Position numbers and translations under genes: made by a program
Notes under the pieces: model-generated
The model's input: only the letters and a program-made list of their open reading frames with translations
What the model was told of the DNA's origin: nothing
Databases searched by the model: none
In this document: positions 19,072 through 31,000 of the stretch, one piece after another
Numbering within the stretch: the stretch's first letter is position 1
Layout of the letters: the number at the start of each line of letters is the position of its first letter
DNA from: an uncultured Planctomycetaceae bacterium
GTDB lineage: Bacteria > Planctomycetota > Planctomycetia > Planctomycetales > Planctomycetaceae
Length of the DNA: 64,000 nucleotides
Assembly: GCA_963815195.1 (NCBI GenBank)
Contig: CAWFGE010000009.1
Coordinates: 32,001-96,000, forward strand
Direction of reading: 5' to 3'

Positions 19072-21748
19072 TCAGTTGATTACTGTTCGCAAAATAGCTT
19101 TTCCTTTCTTAGTGAGTTCATAAACCGCCTTTCCATTTCCAAATGGCACCAAAATTGAATCAGCACGTCTTGGATCCGCAATTGTACCTACCGGTAAGCC
19201 ATTCTGGTTGATGGATTTGGTCAGAGATCTTAACCCCGCACTGGCTGACTTTGTATCAGGGGACACACCTCGTTGAAATGCTCGCTCTGCTGCATGCGCT
19301 ATATCTGAATTGAGTGCCTTTTTAAGTCGAGGTAAACCAAGATGATCTAGGAGGCTATCTGTTGCAGAATGTACGTTAGGCAGTCCGGGGCCGAGGGGAT
19401 ATGTATTATGCACTAATGCGCCAAGGTGGCCCACCCGGTAAACATGTTCGCCCCACACTTCCAGGTTGTAAACAACCTCCGGCCCCGCGCGGGGCGTGAT
19501 GCTTGTGATGCGGCAGGTGCCTTGCAGGCGGGTGTGGACCTGTTCGCCTTCTTTGAGCATTTCGGCCGGGACGAATTCCTGGCGGTCTTCTGACCACCAC
19601 AAATGGTTGGGGGTGGTGCCGATTTTTTCCCGGCCGTCGATTTCGATGTCTAGGATGCGATTCACATGGTGACGGAAGATGCCGGTGACCAGTGGTCCCT
19701 TGCCGGGAGCGGGCTCGGGACAGGGATCAATCGAAACGATCTTCGCTAACCCGACCACTCCCATTTCGGGCATTGACAGAGGGACGGATGCACATGGTTG
19801 GGCATCGGCGGCCGCGATCCATTGCGGGGATCGCGCCAGATCGAACTCAACCTCTCCCCCGTTGGGTTTGGGAAGGCGGAAATGAATGAGCTTCCATGTT
19901 TTCGGATCCGGTTGCGGCAGATGGGGACCGACCTCCGAGCGAATCGGATTTCGGCTTTCCGTGCGGTCAAAAATCTTGACTTCGCCGATGGGCTTGGTAT
20001 GCGGCGCACCGCTTGGCAACAGGAATGCCAGCGCCAAGAGCAGCGTCACAATCCCGCCCGTCACGCCGGCCCAAGCGCGGCCGACCCACTTGGGCGGCTG
20101 ATTTTTCTTCCTGGAACCTCTAGGCTTAGGTTTTGGCTTGACGGGCGATTCCATTGGAACGGCTTCGATATTTGCAATCGGTCGGGAAATCAGCGGCGGC
20201 TCTTCCTCTAGCGTATCAAGAGAATTGCCTTTCGTGAACTCCAGAAACACTTCCGCGCGGGCAGCTTCGTCTGTCTCGACAACGGCCGGTCCTTCGCCCG
20301 CAAAGGCCGGTTGCAATTTTGCAGTGCTCTGGCCGGGGAAGAGTTTGTCGAACAGTTCTTCCAGCTTAACGAGCAGTTCGCCGAAGGGCATGAAGTTCGT
20401 CAAACTATTCGCGAAGGGATCGAATTCCTCGGGCAGGTCTTCCCCGACGCCCAGCGAGTTTCCATAGCGCTTCTTCCACAATTCGTAGGCCATCGGGCTT
20501 AAGATCAAGATCCCCAATGCGCTCACGACCAAAAACACGTTCAGCTTCTCGCCGCCTTCGCCATCGAGGTGCACTTCGGTTTCGTACACGAAGCAACCCC
20601 TTCCTGTGAAGATCTTGCGAACGGGGCAGGGCAAGAGCTCGGCCACCGCTTTGCCGACCGCCGGGAGTTTGAGGAACTTGCTCACTGGCCGGGCGATGAA
20701 CGCGGCCGCTTTGAACAAGCCCTTCCCCACGAAGCCGACGAGTTTCCCGAACCCCGCAGCAACCGGCGTGAAGGAGAACGCCAGCGTCATCGTGCCTTCA
20801 AACATTCGGCCGCGAGCGAAGTAAATCGTGGCATTGACTCTTTCGATCCAGTTGCTGATCGCCGTCCCTACGACCGGCACAAACGACGCCTTCAATGCCA
20901 AAATGTGCAGTTCGTTTTGCAACACGTCCAGCACGTATTCGTTGGACTCCTTGATGAACGTGCCCACGAAAATTTCGGTGTAATGCAATTGCTGGTTTTC
21001 GAGCGATTCGATTTTGGCGGACTTTTCCAAGTCATATTGGTCTTTGAGGGCCTGGGAATCGGCTATCACCAGCGACATCGTGGCCTGGTTGGAATTGATC
21101 CGGTTCGCCACGTCGCGTTCGGCGGCGTCTTCTTGCCGATGAGCTTCCGCGGCTTCGTCCGCCTCGCGGGCCCGCAGGTTGCGCTCGGCGGAGGTCAAGT
21201 CGTGCTTGGCCTGGGCCATTGCCCGGTTTGCCTGGGCCTGGGCCTGCTGAAGTGCCAAGGTCGCCTGGTTTTTGATGTCCTGGAGGATCGCCTGGCCTTC
21301 GGTCTGCTCCTCAGTCAACTCGGCAATCGCCTTTTGCAGCATGTCGTTGACGTCGGCCTTTTCCGCCGCCAATACGGCGAGCGTCTCCGTCAAGGCCGCT
21401 TGCAAGTCCTGTTTGAGTTCCTGGAGGGACTGCTCGGCATCCTTGGTCAGCGAGAGGAAGCGGCCGATGGGGGCGACCGGCAGGGCCGGGTCTTCCACGA
21501 ACGGCGAGCGGTTGTACTCGGCTAACACGCCGATGACCTGGGCGCTGATCGTGGCCAGCGAGCCGAGTTCGGTGCCGGTATAGATCTCGCCGATCATGTC
21601 GTAGGCGTCGAGCGAGCCGTTGATGTCGTTCCAGACCCACACGTGCCAGATGCTGCCGTAGCCGTCGTTGGGGTCGGGATCGGCGGAGGGATCGCCCCCG
21701 GTGCCCGCCGTGGCCCAGCCCATAAACGACCCGTAGGCCACCAGATAG
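19072..21748 (-). pseudogene. Orphan toxin cassette 2: ~2.3 kb near-copy of the main gene 3' region (coiled coil, PT-TG-like, TM-split Hint A) with a different 110-aa tip
   Basis: 19405-21748 closely matches 22661-25010 and diverges immediately after HN (19410-19405); no convincing start or export signal. Confidence 0.87.
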
Positions 21749-24700
21749 GAGCAACCTTTAAGCTCATCCGTCGAAGCTACGCGCTTCCATCGGAGTCGGG
21801 CCAAACACGTGAAAAAACGTCTTCGAGTATCGGATCGTTGTTGTCTAGTGGGCACCAATCGTCGGGCGGGGTAGCAGATTCAATCTCGTCCCACGTTCGT
21901 TCCTGGAGTTTCTTCCAATCATCATATTCCCATCCAGAGTAAGAAACGAAGCTGGGCGTGGGCCACCTCGTTCGGGCATCGATGCGTCGTTCTCGAAGCC
22001 TCTTGCCACGATTCCATCCGTGTCGCAAGTACTGGCATAGAGTTCGGACAAGTGCCTCCATAAAGGCCTCACGAAGCTTTCCCTTGCTGTCTGCGTCAAC
22101 ATAGAAGGCTTCCTCGAACTGCCTTAGTGCGAGAAATTTTGCATCGTCTGCGCCTGCTGTCTGGCGCAGACTGCCGAACATTTCACCAAAAGACTCACCC
22201 CCTCTCGACATTACAAATGCAAACGCATCATCATAGCCCAAGCGTTGGACTAATGAACGAAACCTCTGTTGCCAATCTGAATTCCAAGCTTCCATCGCCA
22301 TGTCAATCCTCAATCAGCGTAGGGCAGGATCGGCACGTCCCTCAGTCCCATTTCTCGCATGAACCTGTACCCTTCCTTCCAGATTTCCCTCGGTGTCAAT
22401 TGTCGACCCGCCTTCAATTCGGCAGCCGCGAGTCTTTCCATCATTCGTTCGTTCCACTTCATCGTGTGTAAAGCCGAGTGGGTTCCTTGGTCAAGAGCAA
22501 CGGTGACTTTATCGATGTCAAAGCCGCGATTTCTGAACCACTGACGATTCTCCTGGGGAAAGATGTGGTGACGCGGGGGACGCGCGCCGCCAGCACCAAC
22601 CTTGTTCGTGATTCGCAGATTACGTTTTGCTAATTGCTCCGTGACGTCGTCGGGATATACATTGTGCACTAACGCGCCCAGTTGGCCCACCCGATAGACA
22701 TGCTCTCCCCAGATTTCCAGGTTGTAAACAATCTTCGGCCCGGCCCGGGGCGTGATGTTGGTGATGCGGCAGATCCCGTGCAGGCGCGTGTGGACCTGTT
22801 CGCCTTCTTTAAGCACTTCGGCCGGGACGAATTCTTGGCGGTCTTCGGACCACCACAGGTGGTTGGGGGTGGTGCCGATTTTATCCTGGCCGTCGATTTC
22901 GATGTCTAGGATGCGGTCTACATGGTGGCGGAAGATGCCGGTGACCAGCGGCCCTTTGCCGGGAGCGGGTTTGGGACAGGAACTCATCGAAAGCACTTCG
23001 GCTAAGCCGACGACGCCCATTTCGGGCATTGATAGAGGGACCGATGTGCCGGGTTTAGCGTTCGTGGCCGCGATCCATTCCGGGGAACGCGCTAGCTCGA
23101 AATCGATTTCTCCGCCTTCGGGTTTCGGAAGGCGGAAATGAATGAGCTTCCAAGTTTTGGGATCCGGTTGCGGCAGATGGGGATCGACCTCCAAGCGCAC
23201 CGGATTGCGGCTTTCCGTTCGGTCAAAGATCTTGACTTCGCCGATGGGCTTGGTGTGCGGCCCGCTGCTTGGCAATAGAAATGCGAGCGCCAACAGCCCC
23301 GTCACTATCCCGCCCGTCACGCCGGCCCAGGCGCGGGGAATCCACTTGGGCGGTTTGTTTTTCTTTCCCGAATCTCTCGGTTTTGGTTTCGACTTGACAG
23401 GCGCTTCCATTGGAACGGCTTCCAGATTCGCAATCGGTCGGGAAATCAGCAGCGGGCCTTGCTCCAGTGTATCCAGCAAATGGTTTTCCGTGAACTCCCG
23501 AAAGACTCCAGCATGGGCGATTTCGTCTGCGTTATCTCTTGGGGGACTCGCTACTTCACCCGCGAAGGCCGGTTGCAATTGCGGCGTGCTCTGGCCGGGG
23601 AAGAGTTTGTCGAACAGTTCTTCCAACTTGGCGAGTAGATCGCCGAAGGGCATGAAGTTCGTCAAGCTGTTCGCGAAGGGGTCGAACTCTTCGGGCAGGT
23701 CTTCACCGATCCCCAGCGATTTTCCATAGCGTTTCTTCCACTGGGCGTAAGCCATCGGGCTTAATATCAGAATCCCCAAGGCGGTGACGACCAGGAACAC
23801 ATTCATCTTCTCGCCGCCCTCGCCGTCGAGGTGCACCTCGGTCTCATAAACGAAGCAACCCCTTCCCGTAAAGATTTTGCGGATGGGGCAGGGCAAGAGC
23901 TCGGCCACCGCTTTGCCGACCGCCGGGAGTTTGAGGAACTTGCTCACTGGCCGGGCGATGAACGCGGCCGCTTTGAACAAGCCCTTCCCCACGAAGCCGA
24001 CAAGTTTCCCGAACCCCGCAGCAACCGGCGTGAAGGAGAACGCCAGCGTCATCGTGCCTTCAAAATACCGGCCGCGAGCGAAGTAAATCGTGGCGTTAAC
24101 TCTTTCGATCCAGTTGCTGATCGCCGTCCCCACGACCGGCACAAACGACACCGCCGTTGCTATGAAGTGTAGTTCGTTTTGCAACACGTCCAGCACGTAC
24201 TCGTTGGACTCCTTGATGAACGTGCCCACGAAGATTTCGGTGTAGTGCAATTGCTGGTTTTCGAGTGTCTCGATCTTGGCGGACTTCTCCAAGTCGTATT
24301 GGTCTTTGAGGGCCTGGGAGTCGGCTATCACGAGCGACATCGTGGCCTGGTTGGCGTTCACGCGGTTGGCCACGTCGCGTTCGGCGGCGTCTTTTTGCCG
24401 ATGGGCCTCGGCGGATCCGTCCGCCTCGCGGGCCCGCAGGTCGCGCTCGGCGGAGGTCAGATCGTGCTTGGCCTGCGCCATCGCCCGGTTCGCCTGGGCC
24501 TGGGCCTGCTGCAGCGCCAAGGTCGCCTGGTTTTTGATGTCCTGAAGGATCGCTTGGCCTTCGGTCTGCTCTTCGGTCAAGTCGGCAATCGCCTTTTGCA
24601 GCATGTCGGTGACGTCGGCCTTTTCCGCCGCCAATATGGCGAGCGTCTCCGTCAGCGCCGCTTGCAGATCCTGTTTGAGTTCCTGGAGCGACTGTTCGGC

Positions 24701-25010
24701 ATCCTTGGTCAGCGAGAGGAAGCGGCCGAGGGGGGCGACCGGCAGGGCCGGGTCTTCCACGAACGGCGAGCGGTTGTACTCGGCTAACACGCCGATGACC
24801 TGGGCGCTGATCGTGGCCAGCGAGCCGAGTTCGGTGCCGGTATAGATCTCGCCGATCATGTCGTAGGCGTCGAGCGAGCCGTTGATGTCGTTCCAGACCC
24901 ACACGTGCCAGATGCTGCCGTAGCCGTCGTTGGGGTCGGGATCGGCGGAGGGATCGCCCCCGGTGCCCGCCGTGGCCCAGCCCATAAACGACCCGTAGGT
25001 CACCAGATAG
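19405..25010 (-). repeat. Direct repeat pair 19405-21748 / 22661-25010, with partial copies at 17556-18738 and 15618-16690
   Basis: Long stretches of nucleotide identity visible directly. Confidence 0.92.
21777..22313 (-). CDS. Cognate immunity protein of the main toxin
   Basis: Overlaps the toxin stop. W...W..R....V...GY and PP.DW.PL..ND.IL resemble, from memory, partners of myxobacterial DUF2380 toxins. Confidence 0.75.
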   Translation of the reverse strand: MRIDMAMEAWNSDWQQRFRSLVQRLGYDDAFAFVMSRGGESFGEMFGSLRQTAGADDAKFLALRQFEEAFYVDADSKGKLREAFMEALVRTLCQYLRHGWNRGKRLRERRIDARTRWPTPSFVSYSGWEYDDWKKLQERTWDEIESATPPDDWCPLDNNDPILEDVFSRVWPDSDGSA

Positions 25011-28000
25011 ATGATGTTGTCAAAGGCGTACAACTGGGCGTCGATCGTGCCCACGGCCCAGGCGCTGAGGTCGTCCCCGGCGGTGATGTTCCCCGACAGC
25101 GTGCCGTAACTGATGAGGTACACGTCATCGCCGGCGGAGCCGAACGCGGTGAGGGCTTGCGTGGCCATCAACTGGGCCAGTCCGTCCACGTCCATGTTGG
25201 TGACGCTCAAGAAGCCGAAGCTGGTGGCGTTGAAGTTGCCGCCCGCAGTCACGTCGGCCGTGACACCGAGCCCGAAGAGTTCCACACTCCCGCCCGCGAT
25301 GATCGTGATATCCAGGAAACCGCCGATGCTGGCGGCCAGCACCTCTTTGGCGGCGCTCGCATCCACGTCCGCATTGCCGTTGCTGAGCACTGTCACGGAC
25401 TCGTTTGTGGAGGTGAGCGAAAGCGAGGTCAGCCCAGCCTCCGACCAGGCGAACACATCATCCCCGGCGGTGGCGGTCGTGGTGGTGATCTGTCCCAGGG
25501 CGAACAAGTTCAGAGTGCCACCGACCGAGATCTGCATGCTGTTGATGGCGTCGAGCGATCCCACGTCCGCCGATCCGCCCGCCGTGACGGTCCCGGTGAG
25601 CGAACCCGTGGCGAAAACGTCGGCTTCGCCGGCCGTGGCGATAATGTCCCCGTTGTAGCTGCCCATCACATTGACCGAGGCGGACTGGCCGGCCGAGACG
25701 CTGCCATCCGCATCGCCGAAGGCCAGGAGGTCTGCGAAATCGCCCGCATCGATCGTCCCGGAGTATGTGCCCAGCGCAGTGACGGAAGCCGAGCCACCCG
25801 CGGTCACGTCGGATTCCAATGTCTGCCCGTAGGAAGCCACGGTCGCATCGCCGCCGGCCGAGACATTCCCGGTCAAATCGGACAGGGAGACGACGTCCGC
25901 ATCGCCGCCCGCGTTGACATCGCTGCTAAGGTTGCCGACAGTCGTCACGGTGGCCTTGCCCGTGGTGGCGGTGACGGTTTGGGACAACTCTCCGAGCACC
26001 CAGACGTCCGCGTTCCGTCCGCCCGTGACCGTGGCCGTCAAATCGGAGTATACGGTGACGGTGGCATCCTGGCCTGCCGAGACGGAGGCCACCGCCATTG
26101 AATACACGGTCACGTCCGCATCCTGGCCCGCCGTGACGGGATTGGAGAGTTGGCCGAAGGACCACACGCTCGCATTGCGGTCCGCGTCCACATTGGCTCC
26201 GACCTCCCCCCACACGGTCGCGTCCGCATCGCGGCCCGCATCGATCGCCCCCGACAGATCGGAAAACGTCCACACGGAAGCGTCCAAGCCGGCCGTCACG
26301 TCGCCGTCGACGTTTCCGCCGGCCAGAACACTGGCGGATCCCGCCGTGGCGGTGACATTCCCGGAAACAACAAGGATTGCGGAAGCGGACGCATTCCGCC
26401 CGCCCATGACATCCGCACTGATGTTTTGCAGCGCGACCACCAAGGCATCCCGGCCGGCCGTGATGGCGGCATTGGAATCGGCATGGGTGGTCAAGGACGC
26501 ATCGCGGCCTGCATCGATCGTCCCTGCTGCACTGACCGTGCCTTTGGAGAACACCGAAGCGTCCTGTCCAGCGTCAACCGCCGCCTGGAGGGCGCCAAAC
26601 GTTGAGCACGTTGGCATCGCCCATTTCTGCGGTCACGGCGGCCGTCACATTGCCAAAGGCGAACACGCTGGCATTTGCGCCGGCCGTCACGGATTTCGTA
26701 AGTTGTGCGGAGGTTGTGACCGTGGCATCTCCCGTGACGGCGGTGATCGTGCCGGAAATATCGCCATCGAGCGCCGCGCACGGTGGCATCCGTCCCACCC
26801 TCGATCGTCGCCGAAACCGCTTTGCCAGCGAGCACGCTCGCGGATTCCGCGGCGTTGACCGAACCGGCCACATCTCCTTTGGCGGCGACGCTCGCGGAAC
26901 CCCCGGCGGACACGGTGCCATTGAAATCTGCCAGGGAGATCACATCCACGCCGCTTCGATCGGACGTGTATGTGCCCGTGGTGGCGGTTTCGTCCTCGGC
27001 GAGCGACCCGGCGTCGATGTATTCCCGCGCTGGAAGGTTCCGGTCAGATGGTTTTGAGCGAAAACGTCCAGCCCCCCCTGGTAACTCCGCACATCCAAAT
27101 CCACGGTGTCCAAACCGGTGATCGTGATCTGATCGCGGGCCCGGACTTTGCCGTCGAGCGTGCCGAACACGACAAGCGTGGCTTCTTGGGGATCGCTGCC
27201 GGAAGACGAGGACGAACCGGCACAAGCCTCCAAATTCGCGTTCCCTCCCGCGAACACGTTGACGGAACCTTGTTGGGCGATGCCGACCGTGCCATCGTTG
27301 ATGTTCGTCGCACGGAAATGCCGACATCCCCTTCTTTGGATGTAATGTTGGCCTTGAGGTCCGTCGCTCCGGTGACGCTGGCATCCTGTTGGGCGGTGAT
27401 GGTCGCTCCGCTGATCGTTTTATTTCCCCAAAGCGATGCGCTCCCGGCGTCTGGAGGTGATCGTGATATTGGAAACGGTATCCCAACCGGTCACGGAAGC
27501 GTATTGCCCCGCCTCGACTTCCCCACCGCTCAGTTTCCCTTGGGCGATGATGGTGGCATTCCCGGCGGCGTCCGTCTTGGCATCTGTGACCGTTCCAAAC
27601 GCCTCAATTTGGATATCGCCCGAGGATGTGACGGTGGCCCTGTGATCCCCGTGCACGGTCATGCTGGCGACAGCGACGAAACCGGGCGGTGGTGGATCAG
27701 TGCCCTCGGTGCCTGCGTTGATCGTGCCGCTCAGATTGCCCCAGACATCCAAGCTGATACTTCCGGAAGCATTCAGCGTAGCATTCAAATCGCCCATCAC
27801 GAGCGCATTGATGTAGCCATTCTGCCCGTGACGCTGACGCCTTGTTCGACCGATTCCCAAGAGGTAATATCCACAAACCCGCCGGCTGTGATCGTGGAGT
27901 CTTTTATCCCCTCACCGACTTCGATGGAGATTGCACCTTCATCTGCCGTGACGTTCCCATTCAAGTCGGCCCAACTCTTTACGGCGACGCCACCGCTCGA

Positions 28001-31000
28001 ATGAACCGTGCCGGTGATCGACTCCAGCGCACGGTTGCGATCCAGGACTCATCATCACCTGTGGTGGTCAAGTCGCCTTTCATGGCCCCGTACGTCATCA
28101 AGTCAATCGACGTATTTGCGGTAATGTCAGCAGAGGAGTCCCCCACGGCTTTCACCGTGACCGAATCCGCATTGGTGATGGTGCCCTTTAATGCATTGGA
28201 TTCAATCTTCACCTCCCCATCGGCCTGCGAGTTGAGATCCACGTCTCCCGCCGCGTAGACGGTGAGTTCGCCGACGTTACTCCCAATGTTGGTGTTGCGG
28301 ATCCCGTCATAGGTAACGAGTTCGACTTTAGAAACGAGATACTGTTCGCCATACGAGGGATTGATGTCGGGAGCCTCAATGGTATCTTTTGCGATCAGCC
28401 AGGCCTTTCCGACAAAGCGCAACTTTTTGACGTCCATCTTGCCCGTGCTGAAGACAAATGGCGAGGAAGTGGCAGCTTCGATGAGTTCCGTGCGGATGTA
28501 ATTGCTCTCCACCGTGGCAGTTATTTCTGCTTCGACTTTGGATGTAATGGTTCGCATGGCCTGGTCCGTGACGGACCCTTTCTTGCTGATCACGTCGCCC
28601 TTGGAGTCTTGATACGCCCAAATGTTGGTGTCGCCTTCGCCTTGCACTTTCTTGGTGACGGATCCCCACGAAATCACTTCGACGCTCCCCGCTTTTCCGA
28701 TGACATCGCCCGTTACGGAACCGTAGGCTGTGATGATGACGCCGCCCCCATTCGCGGTCACGTTGTCGCTCACCGTATCCCAGGATTCAAGAGTGATCGA
28801 ACCCGTTTGGGAAACAATTTCGCCTTCAATCGGTCCCAGGGCCCAGACCACCCCCAGGCTTCCGCCGGCCTCAATCCCGTTGGAGATCTTGCCGAACACC
28901 GTGACGTCGCCGATGTTGCCACCCGCCTTGATGTGGCCTTCAATTTGCCCCTCGATCCCGAGAAAGGGATATTGTCCGGTTTGGGCCGCGTATAAGACCC
29001 AGGCCTCTTTGACCCGGTAACCATTCCAAACCCGCCTGCGGCAGGGCGTCATTGCTGTAAACGGATTCCTGGGCGGAAACCACCATTCCCCCAAGGCCAG
29101 AATTGCTCCGATATTTCCCGTCGCAGAAACGTCGTTTTTGATGCTGCCGCCGCGGGAGGTTCCCGAAGTGATTTCCCCAATATCTTCACCCGAATTGACG
29201 CTCGCGCCAATATTCCTTACCGGCCTGGACGAGCCCGATATCTCCTGAGGTTGTTTTAATAGTTCCATTGATGTTTCCGGCGGTCGATGTGATGCCAGTC
29301 AATGTCTGCGCATCCGCATCGCTTCCGATCCGCTCGTCCGCCGAAATCGACCCGTTAATATCATAAGTCGCTGAGATCGAATCGATGTTGTTTCCGGCAG
29401 AGATCTCGGCATTGATGGATCCAAAATAGGCCGTCACGCTTCCAGAGATCCCTCGGAGGCGGTGATGGTGCCCGTGATGGACCCAGATCCCGTGTAGCCT
29501 CCGTACCCGCCCGCTTCGATGGCGTCAATATCCGTCTGGGCCGTGATGGTGGCATCTTCGATGGAGCGGTCGGCGTCCACGGACGTGATTTTCCCCGCCG
29601 TGCTTTCAATGGTCGGGGAACCTGCAGAACCTGTAATGGACCCGCCGGTCACCAGGTAGGCGGCCGCCTCAACCTCGCCAATGTCGCCCACCGCGCTGAT
29701 AGTCGAATTGGTAATATCTCCGCCGCGGCGAATCAAAAATCGTCCCCGAGGATCCACCGGCACAGCCGGCTTGCACTTTGGCAATGCCGCCCGTGTCGGC
29801 CATAATATCCCCGGTCAGGTTCCCGCCCGCGGTCACATGATCGGTAATGGACACCGCGCGGATGCTTCCCGTAATGTCCCCACCGGCCTGTACATACTGA
29901 ATGTCTCCCCGGCGGTAATCGTGCTTTCGATTTTCTGGTCCGCATCGACCGTATCGATTGTCCCGCCGGCCGTAATGTCGCCCGTCAAATCGTCATCCGC
30001 ATCGACGGTAGTGATGTTTCCATCCGCATCGACCGTCATGGTGAGATTGCGTCCAGAATCGAGCGTACCGATCCCGCCGGTCACATCGATGCTGCCGGAA
30101 AGATCGAGCCCGGCGGTGACGGAGGTAATCCCCGCACCCGAACCAGTCGTGGATATTATCGCATCGACAGTGCGTCCCGCGGTAATTGTCCCAATTGACG
30201 TCCCCGCAGTGATTGTCCCGCGGACATTCCTGGTGGCGGAAACCGATCCCACCGCGTCACTGGCCGTGAGGCTCACACCGCTTCCGAAATCTCGCACTGG
30301 CCGAGGTCACATCTCCGTCTGTCGCATCGAGTGAAGCGGTCAAAGTTCCACCGGCGTCCACCGAAACAGACGCCGCAGTGATGGTGCCATCAACATCCCG
30401 TCCGGCGGTGAGGCTCAATCCTCCGTAGCCTCCGTACCCACCCGAGGAACTGCTGCCGTCCGCCGTCAAGTCCGCTTTGCTGTCCCACCCGACCGTCACC
30501 GAGTTGATATAATTCCCGGCGTGGATCAAAGCCGTGCTGTCGATATTGTCCGCCACAGTGATGGTGGAGATATCGCCGGCGGCATCAACCGTCCCCGCGA
30601 CGCCGCCATACGCCTCGACTTCCTCGATGTCCCCACCCGTCGCCTTCACGCTGCCTGCAGACGTCAAATCGCCGTCCACGTGCACTCCTTGATATATCGT
30701 CCCGCCTGCCTGCACTTGAGCGCTGATGTCCCCGCCAACCCAGACGGCAAAGTCGCCCGAATTGGGATCCCCAATGTCTCCCCCGGCGGTCAGATTCGCG
30801 CGTGATGTCCGTATTCACGTGCGTGTTGAATATGGCCCCTCCCGCATCCACTGTGCTATCCAGGACGTATAGGCTGAGGTCGCTGATATCTCCTGTAGCA
30901 TCCACCGATTGGGTTTGCCTGGCGGTGAGGGAGCCAATATCTCCGCCAGCGGTCACAGTCCCGATCTGACCGAAGCCACTTGCCGAAGACCAGCATCCGC

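Noticed and set aside
22661..23857. True intein with a homing endonuclease insert
   Set aside because: The insert is hydrophobic and low-complexity with no LAGLIDADG or HNH motifs, sits right after the first Hint strands, and the +1 residue in the main gene is Val.
19072..25010. Diversity-generating retroelement template/variable repeats
   Set aside because: No reverse transcriptase; the repeats are kb-long and their differences are not adenine-specific.
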